Shown: piece after piece, positions 56,603 through 64,000 of the stretch
Numbering within the stretch: position 1 is the stretch's first letter
How the letters are laid out: every line of letters starts with the position of its first letter
DNA from: Amoebophrya sp. A120
Taxonomy: Eukaryota > Protista > Dinoflagellata
DNA: 64,000 nucleotides
Direction: 5' to 3'
NCBI GenBank assembly: GCA_905178155.1
Contig: CAJINV010000009.1
Coordinates: forward strand, 3,404,768-3,468,767
Program-made: the position numbers and the translations under genes
Notes under the pieces: model-generated
The model's input: the letters and a program-made list of their open reading frames with translations, nothing else
What the model was told of the DNA's origin: nothing
Database searches by the model: none

Positions 56603-57556
56603 GGAAGAAGAGCGGTGTAGTCGTGACATCAATTTGATGGCTGAATTTCAACCAAAAATTTAAAATCCATCAGAACGAAGAAGAAAATCAACTGAATTGA
56701 TAGACGATTCAAATTATAGGCACGACACCAGCGACAGAATGGATTCATCAAGAGCCTCTCCGAGGACCTATATTGCTTGGATAACTGCGCTTGTAACAAG
56801 TACTTACTCTGTTGAGTTCGAGAGGTGCCCCACCCCCCTGGTGGCAAGAACAACTTCTCAGAGGAAGATGGAGTATGTGATTCATCTCGCACTGCAAGTA
56901 GTTGTAAAGTACTCTTCTGAAAACGAAAAGTTGCAAGGAAGCGACAGCGAAAAACAGCCCGCTGTCTACTTCTTCGTGAAGCCTTGCGTGCAGCATCCGT
57001 GGCCCTTCAGCCGGATGTTTTTGATGTATATATAGTCGTGTCCTATGCCCGTTGTCGTTCGAATTCGCATTGTCAAGTCGTTCTTATTTTCGAGCTCGAC
57101 AGCGTGTTGTTTTCCTTTTCTTCCGTGGAAAAAAAGTTTGCTTTTCGTCTGCAGAAAGTTGTGCCCGTACTTACTCAACAAAGGTGATGAGACAGACAGT
57201 CTTGTTTTTCGTGCTTCTCGTCTTCAGTAGTTTCGTATTCGTTCAAGTACACCACCAGCTTTATTTCGTTCCGCAGCTGGAACATGGTCGTGCAAGTTCA
57301 TCTTTCTTCATCGTGGTCGCCCTGAATACGCTTTGCTTTTTGCGTGATGTTTATGTTTTCCATCGGCAATGAACTTTCGAACAGCAAGAACTTGCACTTT
57401 GCCCCCCTCTCTGTAAGATTGCCTTCCCCGCGCCTCACGGTTAGATGACGTCTTGCGATTGCCAACACTAGTATTGTCCAAGAACATCATAGATCCGGTC
57501 TGTGGAGGACTTCTTTCGTAGTGCGAGACAAGAGACACCGACCAGTTTCGGAAACA

Positions 57557-60500
57557 ATGTCGTCCTCCGTGATCACGTACAACATGTTTCTCCAATTGAT
57601 CCACTCTGGCTGCCGCTGCAAGCGCGGTTCGCAACGCACGCTCCGCCGGAAAAAATTAGTTGCGCGGATCCAGGAGAAGCTCGGATTTGTCCTCGGTGTG
57701 AAGGACGATGGAATAAACAGGGCTGAGGACCAAGATCAAGATGAAGATTTTTGTAGTAGCCAAGCTGGTATGAACACCAAAACTACGGAGAGTAGCAGCA
57801 CATCAAATATCAAAATGCCAGAAACTAAAATCTGCGGCGTTCATCACCTTGATTCAGAATCGACCAAGAAGCGCCTTCAGCCGGTGATAGCAGTGCTTCT
57901 GGTGGCAGCTTTTTTTCTCAACGTCGTCGACACGGTGAAACAGCCAGCTGTATCAAATGCAAAAATGTCTGGGTCTGGAAGGTTGGGGCTTGTGATGCTA
58001 ACTCTGGACTCCAAAAAAATCTGTATTGCATGATCAGCAAGAGAAGTCTAGTTTGTGCTACGCGGGGAGTGCATTTGTCATGCGGATTAGGCATGCGACA
58101 GCCCTCTACAACTCTGTGATGCTAGGTCATCCATTACAGACGTTCTGAGTCATGCAAAATCTGCATGACAAACCCGGCAACATTCCAGACCCAGACATTT
58201 TTGCATTTGATAAGCTGGGCGTGAAGACATTTTTGGCTTTTTCAGCGACGAAGACTCGGGGGACGGGAAAAAACCTGGAGGTATCGACGAACGCCAGCGG
58301 TCTGGGAAGCGGAACAAGAGTCAAAGGTCTTCTCATCTACAGGAAGCCAGTGCCGAAGATCGTGAAGTCCTGCATGACCAGGACAAGCAGATTCGAGGGA
58401 CGGTAACAGACGTCTCCACCTCCGAGACCGCGCAGGAGGAGGGTCGTGAACCCCAGTTTTATCCTCCACGGGACGACGAGCAGCCCGTTATAGGTGCTGT
58501 CGCGCCCTCGTCATCGTCTCCTGGCACCGCTCGTCCCGATGACCCTTCGGGAGCAGCTCAGACCGCGAGCACAAATGGCAGAAGTACGGCGCTGCAGGTA
58601 AAAGTGCAAGAAGAGCGTAGGAAAATCGCTAGCAGCACGGGGGCCTTTGAGCGCGCGCCCACGTCTACAGGATACAAACGCCTTGAGCTCATGCGAGACG
58701 TCGGCGAGGTTCTGCAGGGTAAAATGAAAAACTACGAAGACGCGTGCACAGAAACCGTCAGATTGTTCTCGGCAGCTTCAGCGGAAGATGAAACGGCAGC
58801 ACAGGCAGCGTCAGCGGAACATGAAACGGCACCACAGGCTTTGCTTCAGTCTGTACAAGAACCTGAAATAAACACTGCTCTGTTGAAATTCTGCAAGTTG
58901 ATGGCTCGCATCTTTGTCAGGTCGCTGCCCTTCTACTTCTACGAAACCCTGGAAGAGAGACAAGAAGAAGCTCAGGCTAATCAATTTTATGTGCCTCCGC
59001 TTTTCATGGGTACGGCCGAGGAGGGTAAACCTGTGAAACCGAGTGTACATGTACTCAATACGCTTACGGTACCAGGCGTGGAAGATACAGCACACATTGG
59101 TGGCCTCTTGTGGAGCTACCAGCGCAATACGGGCTACTGGGACTTTATTGGGCCTACCAAGGTAAGTAGCATTCCCCTGGTTCGAGATTTTTCGCAATCG
59201 TGGCAGAATTTGTACGATTTAGCCTCCCTGGAAGATGAGCCTTGGCGAATCGATCTCGTCACGGAGTTTTTGGATAAGAATGAAGATGTCAAGCTGGACG
59301 GTAGTGTTTCCTTCGGGAGCCACTCGTTTCGCAAGATCTTGCACACGCTCAAGGAACTCTTGGACACGCTCAAGGAACATGGCGGCGACACTCCGAAAGA
59401 ACTGGCGGGCCTTTCACTTTCTTCTGAAGATGTACTGGGGTTGGAGGGACTCTGGCCTGCTCAAGAACCTCACTCGCGGTCGCGACCGCCTTCCTCCAAC
59501 CCTGACAAGACGCTGCTTATGCTTGAGAACGCACTTTCAGCGGTGTTGCAAACACTGCTCCATGACGCACTCTATGCCCTTGCGTGCGCAGTCGATGGAG
59601 GCGATTGTAAGCCAAAGGAGAGCCACAGCCACAACCACGACAAATCCGGACAAAAAAAACTAGAGGGTGGAAAGACGTCGAAACTGCTCTGGGATCTCAA
59701 AATGGACTACCAGCAAAACCGGTTGGAAACTTTCTGGCGAGGAATCTCCACAAGGAAAATAAAAAAAAGATAGCGATGGGATAAATAAGCCAGCAAGCAC
59801 TTTGCTTCGCATTACCGAGATAGGCGGCGACCATATCGTCGAGTGGCAGGGCGAAGATGAGAGCATTGGAGGTGTTGAGCCGAAGCATTGGGGCTGGCGC
59901 TATGCTTACCATCCCTTTGGTGGTGGATGGACTGAAAATGAGTCGCGTGCTCGTGAGTGGTTTGTAACTGGAAGGGACGGAAAACGTCACCTCAAGCGAG
60001 AAAGCGAGAAAATTCTCGTCACGCATGAAGTGTCAATATCCCGTGGCGAAGTGGAGGCCTTGGCCTTTGTGCAAAAGTGGATTGGTTTTGGCAATCCCAA
60101 CAATCACCGGGAGAACTTAGCGGGCAATTACGGAGTATTCGTCAACAAGGCCCTCGACTCTCAGGCTCTAGCGTATTTCACAGAAAACCTCGTCGTAGTG
60201 CCGGCAGACTGGAAGCCCCAGGCGGCCTCGTCACAGACCGAGGCGAAACCCCCGGCACGGATCGACCGCCGGGCGTTCTCTTCTGCTGCTGTGGTACTAC
60301 GCAAAGATGAAATCTTTGATCCGGGCGCGACGCAGGGCGTGCAGAGTCAGGGAGAGTTCTTTAGGCCTCGCAATGTTGATGAGAGTTTTGACTTCATCAG
60401 AATCGTCGGTGGCGCGTTGAAATCGAAGTGGCCTGCAGCAGAAGTTGAAAAGAGAGCTGGGCCACAAGGTACACAGAGTATCGAGGATCGTTGCAGTGCA

Positions 60501-62144
60501 GTTTTCCGGAGCAGCATCAGACAGGGACAACATCAGCAGGAGGGCGAGCAAGCGGCTTTCATTGAGTTCTGCAGATTCGTTGTTCGTGTCTTCAGGGATT
60601 CGCTGCCATATTATTTTCATCATGCCCTCCAGCAAAGATTGGAAAGGGCAGCTACAAACCCAGACTTTCTTTATGTTCCTCCACTGTTTGTCGAGGCCGT
60701 GGCCGATCAAGTAGAAGAAAGGCGAGGACATGAGCAAGAAGACGAACACCCACACGAAGCAACGAAATCAGGATCAACGAGCAGAACCGTGCGGGTGCGC
60801 GGGGTACTTGATACGACCCAAGAACCGCCGGGCCCGAGCGCTTCATCGGGTTCCGATTGGAAGTATGTCTCGACTTGGGATTGGTTACGATCGGGGGGTG
60901 GCGCGAGCTTTTCCGACCAACAGTGGGACTACGTCGGACCAGAGAGCCTCCAGGGGGTGGCGAGGGGTTTTGCGAATGCTTTGGAGTGGCAGAATTTGTA
61001 CATCTACATGCTCAAGGACCCGCCAGCTCCCGCAGCGGAGGATGTTGTCATTCTTGGCCCCGTCAAATATTTGGAAACGAACCCCGCCGTAACGTTGGAT
61101 GGCAGTGTCCGCTTCGACGACCAGTTCTTTGAGGACATGCGAGAAATTAAAGCAAGGTGGAGCGAAAGTGATCAGGGGGAGATGCCGCAGGTAACGATAC
61201 ACGCCGGTGTCAGCGAAGCACTTTCGAAGGTATTGCAGCCACTGCTCCACGACGCTCTCGTGTTCCTTGCGTGCGCAATCGACGAAGAAAAAAGCTGCCA
61301 CGAGTCGGAGAAAATCATTTACCATCCCGGAAAAGACTACCAGCAGAACCAAGGCGAAACTTTCTGGCCAAAAATAGCCGAAAGAAGAGACTCGCATCAA
61401 GCGGCGCAGCCTCCCCCACCCACCTTGCTTCGGATAACAGCGCTAGGCGCTCACCATGTTGTCGAGTGGCAAAGCGAAAGCGGAGACGAGAGCATTCAAT
61501 CGAACGCCAAAACATGGGGCTGGCGTTATTCTTACCCGGGGTGGACATGGCTTGATAATGAGCACCGTTTTCAGTATGAGTATGGTCGGGGGGAGAGAAT
61601 TTTTGTCACGCATCGCGTGCCGCTATCTCGTGGCGAAGTGGAGGCCTTGGTCTTTGCGCAAAAGTGGATTGGGTTTGGCAACCCCGCTAACTATGAGCTA
61701 GCTGGTGGAATCGCGCCGAAGGTTATTCGAGGGGCGGTCTCAGTAGTATCCCAAGTTGGCGCTGGCGACCGGCTCGGCCTCCACTCATTCGACGACCCTC
61801 GTATAATGAATTCATCGGGGCGTAAGTGCTTCAACTGTCAGTCCCTAGCCTATTTCACGGAAAATCTGGTGGTTCCGCCACTGTACTACAACTTCGTTGC
61901 GAGGGGAAGCGCAATGGCCCTATACCGAACGGATCGCCGCTCGCTCACCTTCTTTATGAGAGGGTTACTCAGACCCAACGAAAGCTTCGATCCGGGTGTC
62001 TGGGAGGCAATGCAGAGCATTTCCAAAAAGGGTGTGCTTGCAGATTTGGGGCAAGCAGGGTCTGCGCAGGACGCGACGGACCGAGCGCCCGATGAAACCA
62101 CGAACAGGGGTCTGTCATTTTTCCAAACATTTCTCCTTGCGTAG
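57557..62144 (+). CDS. Membrane-anchored protein with two tandem copies of a ~550-aa unknown module; apparent +1 frameshift at the A8 run 59761-59768
   Basis: TM LQPVIAVLLVAAFFLNVV; joins ORF 58604 after removing 57951; internal repeats YVPPLF, LLHDAL..LACA, DYQQN..ETFW, RGEVEAL.F.QKWIGFGNP. Confidence 0.7.
57951..58212. mobile_element. Introner-like TIR intron, family A
   Basis: DR agctg; family A TIR. Confidence 0.95.
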
Positions 62145-63496
62145 GAGATCATCTTCACGAAGCTTGCGTGGAGGTGGCCTGCGACTCGCGTCGAATCTAA
62201 AGTGTTGTCGTGGTGGCCCGTTCATTGTTGAATACAAATAGAACTACTTCCACTTCGGGCGTATTGGCGTTTTTTTCGATATTCTGAGCCCCCTGCAGTG
62301 TCGGATGTTCAGGCACATGTCTAGAGTGACTAAATAATAGGTCTGCTGTTCTTGTTCTATGTAGGATTACTTAGTTTGTTTTTTACATTGAATTTCAATT
62401 TTTTTGTACCTAGACCTACTTCACCAACTTCTCTTCAGCCTCCATCAGCCACTGCTACCCTATTATACACTTACGCATCCATGTTTTGAATTAAGTATTC
62501 GATGAGGTCTCGTTTTGATTTCGTACCAACGCTTGCTGTTCGGGCTCTAAAAGCAAAACCGATCCTATTTTTATGAAACCTCCCACCCTACACCAGACGA
62601 CTTTTACCAGACCAGGACCAACCAGAGAAAGAGCCCAAAGCCCCGCTGCAATCTGGATGAGGGACGATGAAACCTCCATACAGGGCAGGGCAGTTGCTCT
62701 ACATTGATGTAAGCGGGGCGGTGTTGCTGCTGGTGATGATGTAGATGCTCGCGTTGATTGACAAGTAAAACGAAAAGGAAGAGCATATTTGTGCTTGTCC
62801 GGTTGCGATCGGTGTCGTACAGAAGTACTCAGTTACAACTTCATTGAATCTTTCCTCGCTCCCTGCTTGTCGATGTCGTTCTAACGCATACGAGATCTTC
62901 AAGATAGAGATATGAAAAGACAAAGAAAAGGTTAAAATAAAGCACGTGCGAAACAAAATCGTAATCTTTCTTCGTTTTTCTCTTTTGCTTGGTCGCAATC
63001 GTCACGACCCAGTGAAAGTCGTCTTTCGTCCCTGTGTCAAAATCACTTCAGCTTCGTTCAACTGCAACAACTTCTCGTTCCACAGCAACACAGAGCTCGC
63101 TCAGGAGCTTCACCTTTCTATCTTGATCGTCCCACCTTCGTCGGCTCTTGTGCTGGGCAACAATTTTTTTTTGCGTTTTTTCCGGCTTGGTATGTTTTTT
63201 GTCTATGAGTCACTCTCAATTAAGAAGTTCACAGGGTCTCAGCGATATTCAACTAAGACGAGTTTACCCTGACTCATTTTGCGGTTTTATTTGTGTAAAG
63301 AAAAAGAGATTTGAACTTCTAGTATTCCCATTTCGTCACGACGGTCGCTACCGAAAGGACCATACTTTCAGCCTTACTTTACACGACGACTTGGAGTTTT
63401 CATTCTTGCGCTTAGATCCTCTTGTCTTTCTGCTTCTGGACTGTCCTACGTATTATTTTTCGCCAACACAACCCTTCGAAGTCTTTGTCTTAAACA

Positions 63497-64000
63497 ATGT
63501 CGTCCATGATCCAGCCCCCCGTGATGGCGGCGAGCCTGCTGGAGCACGCGCAGCGCGAGATTGTATCAAATGCAAAAATGTCTGGCTCTGAGAGATTGCG
63601 AGACTTGTCATGCTTGTGTGGCATGACCAAAAAGTTTGTAATGCGTGGCCAAGAAGAGACCCTTTTGCTTGTCATGCAGCAACGCAGTTTGTCATGCGAA
63701 AAACGCAACACAAAGAAGCGCAGATATTTCTCGTCATGCTTGGCTGTGCATTACAGAGCATTCACTATTCCCAACGCAGCATTACAAGTTTCCAGACCCA
63801 GACACTTTTGCATTTGATAGATTGAGCTTTTCGCCGATGAAGCTGTGGCGAAGATCAACGACGACATGGTCCAGAAGGAGGGCATATGGATTGCAAAAGT
63901 ATCGTACTCGTATAAATGCATTACAAATTTCCTCACCATGAGAAATAAAATTTGTAATGCAGATTTGCCTTGGGAACAAGATTTGTAATGCAAGACTTGC
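63497..64000 (+). CDS. 5' part of an uncharacterised gene (continues past the window)
   Basis: MSSMIQPPVMAASLLEHAQREIELFADEAVAKINDDMVQKEG after removing 63564-63819. Confidence 0.6.
63564..63819. mobile_element. Introner-like TIR intron, family A
   Basis: DR gattg; family A TIR. Confidence 0.95.
63885..64000. mobile_element. Family B introner, truncated by the window end
   Basis: TATGGATTGCAAAAGTATCGTACTCG left end. Confidence 0.85.

Overview
This is eukaryotic genomic DNA, most likely a parasitic dinoflagellate (Syndiniales, Amoebophrya-like). That assignment is inferred from intron style and gene co-orientation, not from a database match. About 13 intron-containing genes all lie on the + strand: a DHYC-variant DHHC palmitoyltransferase, a Nup98/Nup116-like GLFG nucleoporin, a secreted-looking unknown protein, a single-pass membrane protein with cytoplasmic LRRs, the DEAD-box helicase DBP4/DDX10, a divergent membrane-anchored kinase, a TDY MAPK, an ArfGAP, a cyclin L-like protein, a tandem-domain membrane protein and three unknowns. 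The dominant feature is about 47 mobile, non-GT-AG introns (introner-like elements) from at least 12 sequence families. They share one grammar: 5-bp direct repeat + TAT...terminal inverted repeat...ATA + 5-bp direct repeat. All lie within genes, in either orientation. Removing the element plus one repeat copy restores the reading frame, including inside conserved catalytic motifs. Mismatched repeat copies place the junction after repeat base 4. Other elements shelter inside introners: a non-autonomous Helitron, a polyA/TSD retro-insert and a foldback-like core. Several evolutionary intermediates are also visible: decayed TIRs, a half-lost element rescued by a duplicated donor, and an insertion exactly at a 3' splice site. 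Coordinates were counted by hand and may be off by a few bases.
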